Origin: a virus
Lineage: Duplodnaviria > Caudoviricetes
Virus record (IMG/VR): IMGVR_UViG_3300005805_000169
Location: 1-41,217 of that record
DNA length: 41,217 nt
Reading direction: 5' to 3' (one strand)
Translations under genes and position numbers: made by a program
Shown here: positions 25,928 through 35,262 of the stretch, piece by piece
How positions within the stretch are numbered: the stretch's first letter is position 1
Layout of the letters: each line of letters opens with the position of its first letter
Notes under the pieces: model-generated
What the model was told of the DNA's origin: nothing
Database searches by the model: none
The model's input: the letters and a program-made list of their open reading frames with translations, nothing else

Positions 25928-26464
25928 ATGGCCAAGTTCGTTTCAGTGCCTCTCAACATCGTGAAAAAAATCAGGGCTTTGGCCGAGAAGAATGGTGCTG
26001 GTTCGATCATTGATTCAGTTAGGTGGCACAACGGTCTTCATTTTGAAGGAGTCTTGAAGAACAAGAAGCTGCTTGATCAGGCAGAGGCCAAAGGACACAG
26101 GCTTTTTCTCCGAAACGAATGGCGACGACTTGTACAGGCCGCCACGATGAAGAAACCACTGGGGGTCAAGAAAACACCACTAAAGGTAAAGGGCGAATAC
26201 GACTTTTCTGGGGCTGGTCCGTTTCCTGAAGACCAAGTATCTGCAGTACGTGGCCGGCGGGGAGTAGTGAAGGAAACAAGGAGGAAGGATGGTGACGTCG
26301 AAATGGGGTTAAAATACGCGGAGAACAAGTTGCCAAAGGCACCATCTAAGAAGGAAAGAAGAGTTCAACAGGAGATGGATCTTGCTTCCAAAAGAAGGGA
26401 ACTCAGGGAGCGAGCTAAAACAGGAAATCGAATGGATGTGATCGACTACCTGCTTAGTCGATAA
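25928..26464 (+). CDS. Basic hypothetical protein, markedly lower GC
   Basis: Frequent A/T-ending codons; K/R-rich. Confidence 0.6.
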   Translation: MAKFVSVPLNIVKKIRALAEKNGAGSIIDSVRWHNGLHFEGVLKNKKLLDQAEAKGHRLFLRNEWRRLVQAATMKKPLGVKKTPLKVKGEYDFSGAGPFPEDQVSAVRGRRGVVKETRRKDGDVEMGLKYAENKLPKAPSKKERRVQQEMDLASKRRELRERAKTGNRMDVIDYLLSR

Positions 26465-26476
26465 AGGAGAACTGAC

Positions 26477-26608
26477 ATGCCGTTCAAGTCGAAGGCCCAG
26501 CAGGGCTACATGTTCGCGAAGATGCCGAAGACCGCCAAGAAGTGGGCAAAGGAGACGCCCAACATGAAGTCCCTCCCGAAGAAGGCCCCCAAGAAGCGGA
26601 GCAAGTGA
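26477..26608 (+). CDS. 43-aa basic protein of MPFKSKAQ type (not in ORF track)
   Basis: AAGGAG RBS; MPFKSKAQQGYMFAKMPKTAKKWAKETP..LPKK. Confidence 0.75.
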   Translation: MPFKSKAQQGYMFAKMPKTAKKWAKETPNMKSLPKKAPKKRSK

Positions 26609-26793
26609 TGTTCATCCCGATCTCAGAGCAGGTGTTCGTCCCGGTCCACCGGATCGAGAAGATCAGCTTCTTCTCGACGACCGCCACGATCAAGTACAAC
26701 GACGACCGCCAGGTCGACATCATCGATGGCGAGGACGCCGCACGCCTGCGCCAGTTCCTCGAGACTCACTGCAAGGTGGCCGTCGGTGGCTAA
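26608..26793 (+). CDS. Small hypothetical protein
   Basis: TGATG coupling. Confidence 0.6.
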   Translation: MFIPISEQVFVPVHRIEKISFFSTTATIKYNDDRQVDIIDGEDAARLRQFLETHCKVAVGG

Positions 26794-27034
26794 GAAGCGC
26801 TTCGACTTCAAGGCGGTCCACAAGAACCCCGAGGGCGGCCTGAGCGAAGCCGGCCGGCGGGCCTACAACCGTGCGACCGGCGGCAACCTGAAGGCCCCGC
26901 AGCCCGAGGGCGGTCCCCGCCGCAACAGCTTCTGCGCCCGCATGCGAGGCATGAAGAAGAAGCTCACCTCCTCGAAGACCGCGAACGACCCCAACAGCCG
27001 CATCAACAAGAGCCTCCGGGCCTGGAACTGCTGA
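26786..27034 (+). CDS. DUF6321-like basic phage protein (GTG start)
   Basis: KNPEGGL..GR..YN..GNLKAP..RRNSFCARM.GMKKKLTS.KTANDPNSRINKSLRAWNC. Confidence 0.7.
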   Translation: MAKKRFDFKAVHKNPEGGLSEAGRRAYNRATGGNLKAPQPEGGPRRNSFCARMRGMKKKLTSSKTANDPNSRINKSLRAWNC

Positions 27035-27035
27035 C

Positions 27036-27245
27036 ATGGCGAAGCTACCCCCACTGAACGGAAAGCCGAAGAAGCCATCCAAGTACGCCCCGAAGAAGTG
27101 TCCGGAGTGCGGCGGGGAGCTGGACGAGGAGGGCGAGTGCGAGGAGTGCGGCTACGGCTGCGAGGAATGCGAGGCCGAGAAGGAGGCCTCGAAGGCGATC
27201 GAGGTCAAGTTGTCGATACTTCTCCCTGGCGGGATGGAGGATTGA
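27036..27245 (+). CDS. Small zinc-ribbon protein
   Basis: CPECG..CEECG.GCEEC. Confidence 0.6.
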   Translation: MAKLPPLNGKPKKPSKYAPKKCPECGGELDEEGECEECGYGCEECEAEKEASKAIEVKLSILLPGGMED

Positions 27246-27300
27246 CGTTACAATCTGTCCATTCTGTTCCGCGTGTCGCGGACAAATCAAGGAGAGTGTC

Positions 27301-27429
27301 ATGAAGAAGAGCGGAATCAAGAAGCCGGCGAAGAAGTCCGGGTCCAAGAAGGTTGCTGCGTTCGGCGCCCGTGGCGCGAAGGCTGCGTTCGGCGGTGGCG
27401 GCGGAGCCCCCAAGGCACCCCGCGTCTGA
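27301..27429 (+). CDS. 42-aa K/G/A-rich basic peptide (not in ORF track)
   Basis: AAGGAG RBS; MKKSGIKKPAKKSGSKKVAAFGARGAKAAFGGGGGAPKAPRV. Confidence 0.6.
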   Translation: MKKSGIKKPAKKSGSKKVAAFGARGAKAAFGGGGGAPKAPRV

Positions 27430-27444
27430 TCAGTGGGGGTCCCC

Positions 27445-28824
27445 ATGGCGAAGTCCCGGTCACAGGAACTGGCAGAAGCAGGCTTCGAGCTTGATCCTGT
27501 GACCGGGGCCTCCGGGGCGCAGATGGAAAGACCGAGGCGCCCGAAGGAGCAGGTGTTCCACCGGTACTACCCCGGGCAGGGAGAGCTGCTCCAGAACTAC
27601 CGGAAGGTCCAGGCGGCGAACATGCTGCCGGAGCTCGAGGACGCGGTCCAGAGCGTGATCGGTTCGGACTTCGAGGAGGTCTTCGGGTTCTCGCGGCGTC
27701 CGCTCGGGGTCACCACGGATCCGTTTCTCCAGCTCCAGGTGAAGCCAGAGATGCCGCTAGGGCACAGCTGGATCTTCCCGGAGTTCGAGGATCCAGAGAA
27801 GACCGAGGTCTTCTACAACAAGCTGAGGGCGGTGAAGAGCGGCCCGAAGTACATGGCGAACCGGGCCGAGATCGACCTGGCCTACAACGAGATGAAGCAG
27901 CTTGGCGGCAACTACCGCATGAAGATGCAGCTCGGCCTTGGGGCCGGTCCCGGGTACCACAGCGCCACGGTGGAGCAGGCGTTCAGGCACGCGATCCTGC
28001 TGGAAGGCATGGCCACGCTGCCGGACAACGCCGACATGGGCTCGGCCAGGCGGCAGGCTCAGACGGAGGCGACCAGGAGCCAGCAGCTCATGCGCCGGCA
28101 CTCTCAGCTGGGCCTTCTGCGGGCCCGTGGAGTTCCGGTTACGGCCGCGCCTCCGGGTCCCCTGCTTGGTTCAGCCATCCAGATGTACATCGACTACCTG
28201 GGTCCGTCGCTTGGGTTCCGCAAGGGACGAGGGCCGGAAGGCATGTTCCTCACGCCGACGCTCGCGGGGATGACGCCGCTGACCGAGACGGCGCGGAAGA
28301 AGGCGCAGGCGAACGTGCGCGACCTTGAGGTCCAGGACATCAAGAAGATCTCGAGCGAGGAGTTCCGGCAGGCCACTCCGCAGCAGCGCCTCGAAAGGCT
28401 CGGCAACTATATTGCCAACACCTATCCGGTGGAGTTCGTGGAGCGGATGAACCGCGAGCTGGGATCGGACTTCCGGAGAATGCCGCCGGAGCGCAGGTTC
28501 AAGGGGCTGCTGCAGGAGCTGCACGCAAGGACCGCCCCGCCGGAGATCCGGGAAGCCTCCAAGATGATGCAGAACTCGCACGTGCTGGACGCCATCAGGG
28601 CGATCGGCGGTGGCGAGGAGTCGAAGCACCGGGTCGGCAAGCAGCGGTTGACCGGCGTCGTCCGTGAGGCCGGGCTCATGACGGAGGCCCAGGCGAACAA
28701 GGTGCGGCAGAAGGTGCAGAGGCGGATGGGGCTGAAGCCGAAGAACACGGCGATGGTGATGGCGATCGCGGCGATCCTGTCGGCCGGGTTCCTGGTGGGT
28801 GGACTGCAGGAGGAGCCGGCATGA
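27445..28824 (+). CDS. Hypothetical protein with C-terminal hydrophobic helix
   Basis: About 459 aa; ends AMVMAIAAILSAGFLVGGLQEEPA. Confidence 0.7.
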   Translation: MAKSRSQELAEAGFELDPVTGASGAQMERPRRPKEQVFHRYYPGQGELLQNYRKVQAANMLPELEDAVQSVIGSDFEEVFGFSRRPLGVTTDPFLQLQVKPEMPLGHSWIFPEFEDPEKTEVFYNKLRAVKSGPKYMANRAEIDLAYNEMKQLGGNYRMKMQLGLGAGPGYHSATVEQAFRHAILLEGMATLPDNADMGSARRQAQTEATRSQQLMRRHSQLGLLRARGVPVTAAPPGPLLGSAIQMYIDYLGPSLGFRKGRGPEGMFLTPTLAGMTPLTETARKKAQANVRDLEVQDIKKISSEEFRQATPQQRLERLGNYIANTYPVEFVERMNRELGSDFRRMPPERRFKGLLQELHARTAPPEIREASKMMQNSHVLDAIRAIGGGEESKHRVGKQRLTGVVREAGLMTEAQANKVRQKVQRRMGLKPKNTAMVMAIAAILSAGFLVGGLQEEPA

Positions 28825-29240
28825 GCAAGGACAAGATCGAGAGCGGAGAGGACGTGATCCGGTCGATGTTCTCGATCGACGGTGCGGCGGCAGCCATCCA
28901 GAGGTCGGGTTTCGACGTCGAGGAGGAGATGACGATCTACATCGACATCGCCCGCAACTCGCTCGAGGACAACACAAGGCTTGCCGCCCTTCAAAGAATG
29001 AACAGGCGTGTACGGGAAATTGCGGAAGTGAACGGCATGATCTCGACCGGATCGGTTAGAATGGTGTCCCATGAAGAAGACGGAACCCGAATCGAGCAAG
29101 TCCGCTCCGAGTCACGACTCCTCTCGCAGGTCCGTGGCCTACCACTCCCCGGAAGGTCCCCTATCGCCAGCCGCGTCCTCCCGCCTGCATCCGGCGATCG
29201 GGAAGCTCAACGACCGGATTCCCTCCCTGAGCAACCTTGA
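28821..29240 (+). CDS. Hypothetical protein, terminase small subunit candidate
   Basis: AGGAG RBS; size, position upstream of terL and DIARN..RLAAL helix; function weakly supported. Confidence 0.4.
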   Translation: MSKDKIESGEDVIRSMFSIDGAAAAIQRSGFDVEEEMTIYIDIARNSLEDNTRLAALQRMNRRVREIAEVNGMISTGSVRMVSHEEDGTRIEQVRSESRLLSQVRGLPLPGRSPIASRVLPPASGDREAQRPDSLPEQP

Positions 29241-29514
29241 CTTCGCACGCTGGGGCGCGATGTTCATCGAGGACATCGGGGTCGTGGACATCGACACGGT
29301 CATCGTCTCCGGCAACGATCTCGGTCACAGGATCCGCCAGGAGCTCACCGGCGGCACCGGCCGGCTCAATCAGAAGTGGACGGAGTTCTCCACCCGCATG
29401 ATCCGGATGGCTCCGGTGCTCAACCAGACGAGCGAGCTGCTGTCCGTGCTGTGCATCTCCGCGACGGCCCACCTTCTGATCGAGGACCGGATCAATGGGA
29501 CGAAGGCCGACTAA
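29071..29514 (+). CDS. Hypothetical protein (start uncertain)
   Basis: Typical codon usage from about 29190; overlaps the previous ORF. Confidence 0.5.
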   Translation: MKKTEPESSKSAPSHDSSRRSVAYHSPEGPLSPAASSRLHPAIGKLNDRIPSLSNLDFARWGAMFIEDIGVVDIDTVIVSGNDLGHRIRQELTGGTGRLNQKWTEFSTRMIRMAPVLNQTSELLSVLCISATAHLLIEDRINGTKAD

Positions 29515-29704
29515 GACCGTCCGGGTCGACATGCAGACCCACGACGACCTCAAGGTCCTGGCGGACAAGTACCGCCAGGCCAGCGGCAGGTACCACAGCC
29601 TGGCCGACATGATCAGGATAGGGCTGACGCTGTCCGCCACAGAACATGAAAGGAAAGAAGATGCCCGTGGGAGACATCGAGCACCGGCTGGCGGAGATGC
29701 GTGA
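29495..29704 (+). CDS. Ribbon-helix-helix-like small DNA-binding protein
   Basis: TKTVRVDMQTHDDLKVLA..SLADMIR strand-helix-helix pattern. Confidence 0.55.
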   Translation: MGRRPTKTVRVDMQTHDDLKVLADKYRQASGRYHSLADMIRIGLTLSATEHERKEDARGRHRAPAGGDA

Positions 29705-30050
29705 GTACTACCCGTCTGACGAGCACACCGTCATCGACGAGGCCATCGAGACGATCAGGAGCCTGCGCGAGAAGCTGCGCAAGGTCGACTACTCCGTCGA
29801 GCTGCGGTCATCGATGGACGACATCAACCCGGCGGCCATGTTCATCGACGGCATGGACGAGGCCATCGTGGGCTTCGCGGTTCAGTGGGGGTCACCGGCC
29901 CTGGTCGTGTACGACGCCGAGCGCATCATCGAGATCCTGTCGAAGGACATGAGCTACGAGGAGGCCGTCGAGCACTTCACCTTCAACATCGAGTGCGCCT
30001 ACGTCGGTCCCGGTACTCCGCTGATCCTGTTCAGGCCGGAGCCTGACTGA
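29646..30050 (+). CDS. Conserved phage hypothetical protein
   Basis: DGMDEAIVG..VVYD..MSYEEAVEHFTFNI..AYVG..TP pattern; start may be 29661. Confidence 0.7.
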   Translation: MKGKKMPVGDIEHRLAEMREYYPSDEHTVIDEAIETIRSLREKLRKVDYSVELRSSMDDINPAAMFIDGMDEAIVGFAVQWGSPALVVYDAERIIEILSKDMSYEEAVEHFTFNIECAYVGPGTPLILFRPEPD

Positions 30051-32008
30051 TGGAGATCAGGCGCATCCCCACGCGCGACGAGGGCAACGACAACTATCCG
30101 CTGCCCCCGGACTACGATCAGCTCACCAAGGACGGGCAGAGGCTCGCCCGCGTGAACGCCTGCCGGCAGTGGCTCCTCTCCGAGGACGACATTTCCAGGC
30201 GCGGCGACAACCTGGTCTCGTCGGTGTGGTGGTTCGACCGCTACTACCTGTGGCCGGACGACGAGGCTGACTTCAACCCGCTGTTCTACGACGACCAGCC
30301 GCTGGAGACTCCCGACTTCCACTGGGTCCTCCTGCGCCAGTGGGCCGGCTACAGGATGACGGCAGCCGTCGCCCCGCGCGGATCGGCCAAGTCGTTCCTG
30401 AACTGCAAGGACATGCTGCTGCGCATGGTCACGCGGCCGGCGTACTCGTTCGTGTACGCGACGTCCACGCACCCGAACGCACGCGAGGTCGGAGAGCGCA
30501 TCAAGCGGCAGCTCATCCACAACCAGCGGATCCACGACGACTTCGCGCCGGAGTTCGACGGGCGCATCGTGCCGAGGCGCGGAGAAGGCTCGTTCAGCAC
30601 CGAGCACATGATCCTCAACAACGGATCGTGGCTGCGGCTGCTGAGCGCCTCCAGCAAGCAGCGTGGCGGCCGTCCGCGCCGGTACCGGCTTGACGACCCC
30701 GAGTACGACCCCAAGAGCTCGACGCCGATGTCGGTTCTCCGCGCCTACATGGACGAGCTCCTCTTCAAGATCGTGATCCCCATGGTCACGCGCCCGGATA
30801 CCGGCGTGGACTGGGTGGGCACGTTCGTCTCCAAGCGGCACTACCTCTGGCACGCGATGCAGCTCCAGGAGTCGCCCGAGGGAATGGCGGCCAAGGACCC
30901 GCGCTTCAACCGATGGTCCCGCCTCGTGATCCCCGCAGCCATCGAGGAGAACGGCGAGATGATCTCGTGCTGGCCGGACATGTGGCCGGCCACGCGGAAG
31001 GAGCGCCTCGCCCTCGCCAAGGACCGCCCGCGATTCAAGGAGGCCCTGTCGCTCGAGGAGATCCGGGAGTCGATCGGCGCCTCCAACTTTGCGTCCGAGT
31101 ACATGGCCGCCCCCGGCGACGGGACAGGCGCGTTCTTCGGGGAGCTCGACGAGCGGCACTCCTGGTGGTTCGAGGAGGTCGACGACAGGCTCGATCAGCC
31201 CCTGTCGTCCACGACCCACATCTGCTGGCACGAGCGGCGCAACGACGCCTTCGAGACCAAGAAGATGCCGTTGCCGGAGTTCATCCGTGGGTACAGCCGC
31301 ATCTTCATGACGGCCGACACGTCGCACACGTCGGGCACCGACTCCGACTTCAAGGTCTGCTGCCTGCTGGCCGTGACCCCCCAGAACGACCTGTTCGTCA
31401 TGGACCTCTGGGCCCGGCAGGGCCAGGAGTCCGACCTGGTCAAGGCGGTCTTCGAGATGGCCGACCGCTGGCGCTGCCCGACGGTGCACCCGGAGGTGGT
31501 CCGCCAGGGCGTCTCCCTCTACAACGCCCTGAACGCCATCGTCTCCACCAGGGCCAACGACATGGCCGGCGTCGAGCACCTGCCCAAGATCGTCAAGCTC
31601 AACCCCGGCATGACGGAGAAGCAGGACAAGATCGCCGGCCTGCAGTTCCGGTTCGAGCACGGCAAGATCAAGCTGCCCCTGTGGCGCCGTGAACAGCTGC
31701 CGTGGCGCCACCTCTTCGACCAGATCGAGTCGTTCAACCCGGAGGCCCAGGACGGAGGCCTGGAGAAGGACGACTGCATCGACGCCGTCGCCATGTCCCA
31801 GTTCATCCTGAAGGGCCGGCTCGGCAAGGTCCAGGGTCCCGATCAGGCCAAGAGCCTGTTCGAGCGCCTGCGCGACGGCGACTTCTACGAGAACGGCGTC
31901 CACATCGGCGAAGGTCTGAACCTCGACCAGCTGACCCCGGCGCAGATCAACGAGATCCTCGATGCACGAACCCCAGATCCAAGACCGACCGGCCGCTCCA
32001 AGATCTGA
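30050..32008 (+). CDS. terL: Terminase large subunit
   Basis: Walker A APRGSAKS, QRGGRP..LDDPE Walker B, WVGT, nuclease MTADTS..SDF and KDDCIDA. Confidence 0.9.
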   Translation: MEIRRIPTRDEGNDNYPLPPDYDQLTKDGQRLARVNACRQWLLSEDDISRRGDNLVSSVWWFDRYYLWPDDEADFNPLFYDDQPLETPDFHWVLLRQWAGYRMTAAVAPRGSAKSFLNCKDMLLRMVTRPAYSFVYATSTHPNAREVGERIKRQLIHNQRIHDDFAPEFDGRIVPRRGEGSFSTEHMILNNGSWLRLLSASSKQRGGRPRRYRLDDPEYDPKSSTPMSVLRAYMDELLFKIVIPMVTRPDTGVDWVGTFVSKRHYLWHAMQLQESPEGMAAKDPRFNRWSRLVIPAAIEENGEMISCWPDMWPATRKERLALAKDRPRFKEALSLEEIRESIGASNFASEYMAAPGDGTGAFFGELDERHSWWFEEVDDRLDQPLSSTTHICWHERRNDAFETKKMPLPEFIRGYSRIFMTADTSHTSGTDSDFKVCCLLAVTPQNDLFVMDLWARQGQESDLVKAVFEMADRWRCPTVHPEVVRQGVSLYNALNAIVSTRANDMAGVEHLPKIVKLNPGMTEKQDKIAGLQFRFEHGKIKLPLWRREQLPWRHLFDQIESFNPEAQDGGLEKDDCIDAVAMSQFILKGRLGKVQGPDQAKSLFERLRDGDFYENGVHIGEGLNLDQLTPAQINEILDARTPDPRPTGRSKI

Positions 32009-32465
32009 GACCCGGATCCCGCTCGGGCTGTTCGAGGCCATGAGCCGGTGGTACTTCGGCTCCTCCGTGGAGCGGGAGCGCCCCCTGGAACTCGGGATGG
32101 GCCAGACCGTCACAGTTTCTGATGCTTGGCTAGGGGTGCTCTGCCTGGCCTACTACGGCAACGGCCCCCGCCACCCGTCCGTAGGATCCAGTGGGGGTGC
32201 TCCGGTGGGATCCGACCTTCCCGCGAAGGAGGCCGTCATCCAATATGCTCAGGTCAAACCACAGGTCCGCATGATCCCCGGCGGGTATGCGGCCAAGAAG
32301 GCGCAGGCACAACATGGCAACCGACCCGATCAAGCTGACCAAGGACCCGATGGGGCTCGCGAGGATCATCGACGAGCACTGCGAGAGGGAGCAGAACCGC
32401 CTGTCGTACCGCCGGGCGTCGTGGCTGGTGGCGCTGTACTACCTGATGGGGGCCCGTCAGTTTGA
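31962..32465 (+). CDS. Hypothetical protein between terL and portal, overlapping both
   Basis: Best frame covering the 305-nt gap. Confidence 0.5.
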   Translation: MHEPQIQDRPAAPRSETRIPLGLFEAMSRWYFGSSVERERPLELGMGQTVTVSDAWLGVLCLAYYGNGPRHPSVGSSGGAPVGSDLPAKEAVIQYAQVKPQVRMIPGGYAAKKAQAQHGNRPDQADQGPDGAREDHRRALREGAEPPVVPPGVVAGGAVLPDGGPSV

Positions 32466-34314
32466 TGTGTTCGACCCGGTGAGCGGCACCGTCCGGTACT
32501 CGTACCTGGACGAGGACGAGCGCCTGGACTTCCAGTCGAGCGAGCTCCTGAGCGCGGTCGACAAGATCTCCGGCCGGCTCAGCAGCCTGGACTTCCGGCC
32601 GCTGGTGCAGCGCGTCGGCTCCTCGCTGAGCTCGATCCGCCAGCGTTCGATCGCCCAGATCATGCTGGACCAGGTCGTGTCGGAGCACCAGCTCCAGCGG
32701 GTCGTCCCGCAGTTCAACCACATCTTCACGCTCCTGGGCTCGTGCGGCATCACCGGCCACATGGTCAACCACCCCACCGTGGGCATGACCGCCGACCTCG
32801 AGGTCGTGCACCCGATGGAGCTGTTCCCGTTCCCGAGCCTGACCCAGGACTACACGAAGCAGCGCGGCCTGCTGCGCCAGCGCATGGTCTCGATGGAGTA
32901 CCTGAAGGAGGTCTTCGGCGCAAAGGTGACGCGCAACAAGGAGAAGCTCGAGTTCTTCACGATCAAGCCGGGCGAGACCTTCGAGCAGCAGACCGCCAAC
33001 GAGTACACCCTGGGCTCGAACGTCCAGTACTCCGACACGAAGGTCGTGGGCTCCGACCCGAAGTACGACGCCATCGAGGTGGCCAAGGTGCGCGAGCTGT
33101 GGCTCAAGGGCCCGCGCGACACCGTGACCCGCTACGTCGTGACCAGCGGCGAGTACGTGATCCACGACGAGGACCTGGAGGGACGCGAGGTCTACTGCCC
33201 GATCGGCTTCGCCCGCTTCATGGAGAACGGCACCTTCCACGGCGCCGGCGTCTTCGACCTCCTGTTCCCGCTGTGCCGCGAGGCCGAGAAGCTCCAGAAG
33301 CAGCTCTTCAAGAACATCCACGACATCGACCGCTACGGCGTGCTCGTGCTGCCGCACGGCTCCTTCAACGCGAACACAATGCTGCGCGACGTCGGCAAGG
33401 GCCTGCGCGTGTTCCCGTGGGAGCCCGACCCGATCAGCGAGGGCTTCCGTCCGTTCAACATCACGCCGTTCAACTCGGGCGACGTCCCCGGCAAGGTCAG
33501 CGCGTTCGCGGTCCAGCAGATCGACCGCCTCAACCCGATCCGCGACCTGATCGCCGAGAAGGGCCGCGTGGACTCCGCGACCGGACTGCAGTTCCTGGAC
33601 GAGCAGGTCAATCGGGCGATGAACACCCCCACTGCCGGAGTGCAGGCGGCATGGGGCGACTGCTACCGGGCGGTGCTGGCCGGCACCGTGCGCGAGGTCG
33701 TTTTCAGCCCGAAGACGTTCACGGTGGACCAGCTCACGCTGGACCTTGCCGGCGTCGTGGTGGACCCCGAGACCATGGCGGTCAGCTTCGAGCAGAATCC
33801 GCTGCCGTCCCTGAGCCAGCTCTCGTTCAAGATCAAGGACATCAACCCCCGCAGCAAGGTGGCCCGCAAGCAGGAGGCCCTCCAGCTCCAGCAGCAGTTC
33901 CAGATCGACGCCGACACGTTCATGCTGTTCGCGCTCAAGGAGGGCCTGGACTTCGCGATGTGGACCGACGAGCACCAGAGCGCCTACGAGTCCGTGGTGC
34001 GCAACTGCCTGCTGCTCTACGGCGACGGAAAGACCCCGGGTCAGGTGGTGCTGACGCCGCAGACCACCAAGCCAGAGATGCAGATCCGCGTGCTCAACTC
34101 CTTCATGGCCGGGCCCACGATGGCGGTCGCGTCGGCAGAGGTGCAGAACGCCTTCATCGAGTACCACAAGACCCTGATGGGCTTTATGGGCTTGGTACTT
34201 CCGAACGCCCTTCCCAATCCTGACGATATGGCTATGCTAGGGAAGTTGGACCAGCAGATGGCACAGCTGCAGGGGATGCAGCAGCCACCGGCCCCCCAGA
34301 TGCAAGGCATGTAA
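32314..34314 (+). CDS. Portal protein
   Basis: About 666 aa after terL; VVHPMELFPFP, VRELW, FHGAGVFD.L..L...KL, SATGLQFL.E and Q/M-rich tail, consistent with podovirus-type portals. Confidence 0.8.
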   Translation: MATDPIKLTKDPMGLARIIDEHCEREQNRLSYRRASWLVALYYLMGARQFDVFDPVSGTVRYSYLDEDERLDFQSSELLSAVDKISGRLSSLDFRPLVQRVGSSLSSIRQRSIAQIMLDQVVSEHQLQRVVPQFNHIFTLLGSCGITGHMVNHPTVGMTADLEVVHPMELFPFPSLTQDYTKQRGLLRQRMVSMEYLKEVFGAKVTRNKEKLEFFTIKPGETFEQQTANEYTLGSNVQYSDTKVVGSDPKYDAIEVAKVRELWLKGPRDTVTRYVVTSGEYVIHDEDLEGREVYCPIGFARFMENGTFHGAGVFDLLFPLCREAEKLQKQLFKNIHDIDRYGVLVLPHGSFNANTMLRDVGKGLRVFPWEPDPISEGFRPFNITPFNSGDVPGKVSAFAVQQIDRLNPIRDLIAEKGRVDSATGLQFLDEQVNRAMNTPTAGVQAAWGDCYRAVLAGTVREVVFSPKTFTVDQLTLDLAGVVVDPETMAVSFEQNPLPSLSQLSFKIKDINPRSKVARKQEALQLQQQFQIDADTFMLFALKEGLDFAMWTDEHQSAYESVVRNCLLLYGDGKTPGQVVLTPQTTKPEMQIRVLNSFMAGPTMAVASAEVQNAFIEYHKTLMGFMGLVLPNALPNPDDMAMLGKLDQQMAQLQGMQQPPAPQMQGM

Positions 34315-35247
34315 ATGGACCCAATCGACCTTCAGACCAGGATCAAGCTCGACGACGGCACCGAGGTTTCGGTGGCCGACCTCGTCCAGAGCCGCAAGGA
34401 CCTCGAGGACGCCATCAAGATCAACGACACCCTGCAGAAGGACCTGCAGGAGGTCGGCGTTCTGTTCCAGGCGGGCATCCGGCCCGAGCGCCGCGAGAAC
34501 GCCATCCGCAACGTGCTGGAGAACCTCGGCTACGAGGACGACCAGATCACGCAGTACCTGACCGCAACCCGCCAGAACCGGCCCCAGGACCCCGCGCCGG
34601 AAGAGGCGGAACCCGACGAGGTCGAGGAGATCGAGCTTCCCGACCTGCCCGACGAGGACGACGACATCGAGGATTCCAGTGGGGGTGAACAAGAGGACAC
34701 CATGAGCAACGAACGTGAACAGCAGCTCCGGCAGGAGCTCGAGGCCCAGCGGGCAGAGCTCCACAAGATGCGGGTGCGCGAGCTCCGCGAGAATCTGAAC
34801 TCCCAGCTGGACCGGGTGTTGAAAAGCAACCCGGACTTCCAGAAGCTAATTGAGAGCGCGCGGTCCACCCGTGGCGACGAAGGCGTGAAGCAGGCAGAGC
34901 AGACGCTCCGGGCACAGCTCGAGCAAAGGGCTCTGGAGCGCATGCAGTCGCGGCGGACGGCAGCGGGCACCTTCGAGGACACATGGATGTCCGAGGAGGT
35001 CGAGAAGGCAGTTGAGCCCGTCGTGGGCACTTTCCGGTCGGTAATCGGCGACATCGACAAGCTCGGTCGTTCGTCGGAAACGGTCACTGGACTCGACGCG
35101 CAGGAGATTCTGCGCAGCAAGCCGGTTCCCGCACCCGAGTACAAGGCGGGCGCAAGCATCACGGACGTCGAGACGGACGTGAAGAACTTCGCCGCCGACA
35201 CGATCAAGCGGGCGCTGGCATCCAGTCCAGGTGAGTCCGTCGTCTGA
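34315..35247 (+). CDS. Capsid scaffolding protein
   Basis: Acidic coiled-coil protein between portal and capsid; DGTEVSVADL N-terminus. Confidence 0.7.
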   Translation: MDPIDLQTRIKLDDGTEVSVADLVQSRKDLEDAIKINDTLQKDLQEVGVLFQAGIRPERRENAIRNVLENLGYEDDQITQYLTATRQNRPQDPAPEEAEPDEVEEIELPDLPDEDDDIEDSSGGEQEDTMSNEREQQLRQELEAQRAELHKMRVRELRENLNSQLDRVLKSNPDFQKLIESARSTRGDEGVKQAEQTLRAQLEQRALERMQSRRTAAGTFEDTWMSEEVEKAVEPVVGTFRSVIGDIDKLGRSSETVTGLDAQEILRSKPVPAPEYKAGASITDVETDVKNFAADTIKRALASSPGESVV

Positions 35248-35262
35248 CAAAGGAAGTAAACC

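Noticed and set aside
27242-27255. TTGACG and TACAAT as a sigma-70 promoter
   Set aside because: The two hexamers are almost adjacent, so the spacing is incompatible
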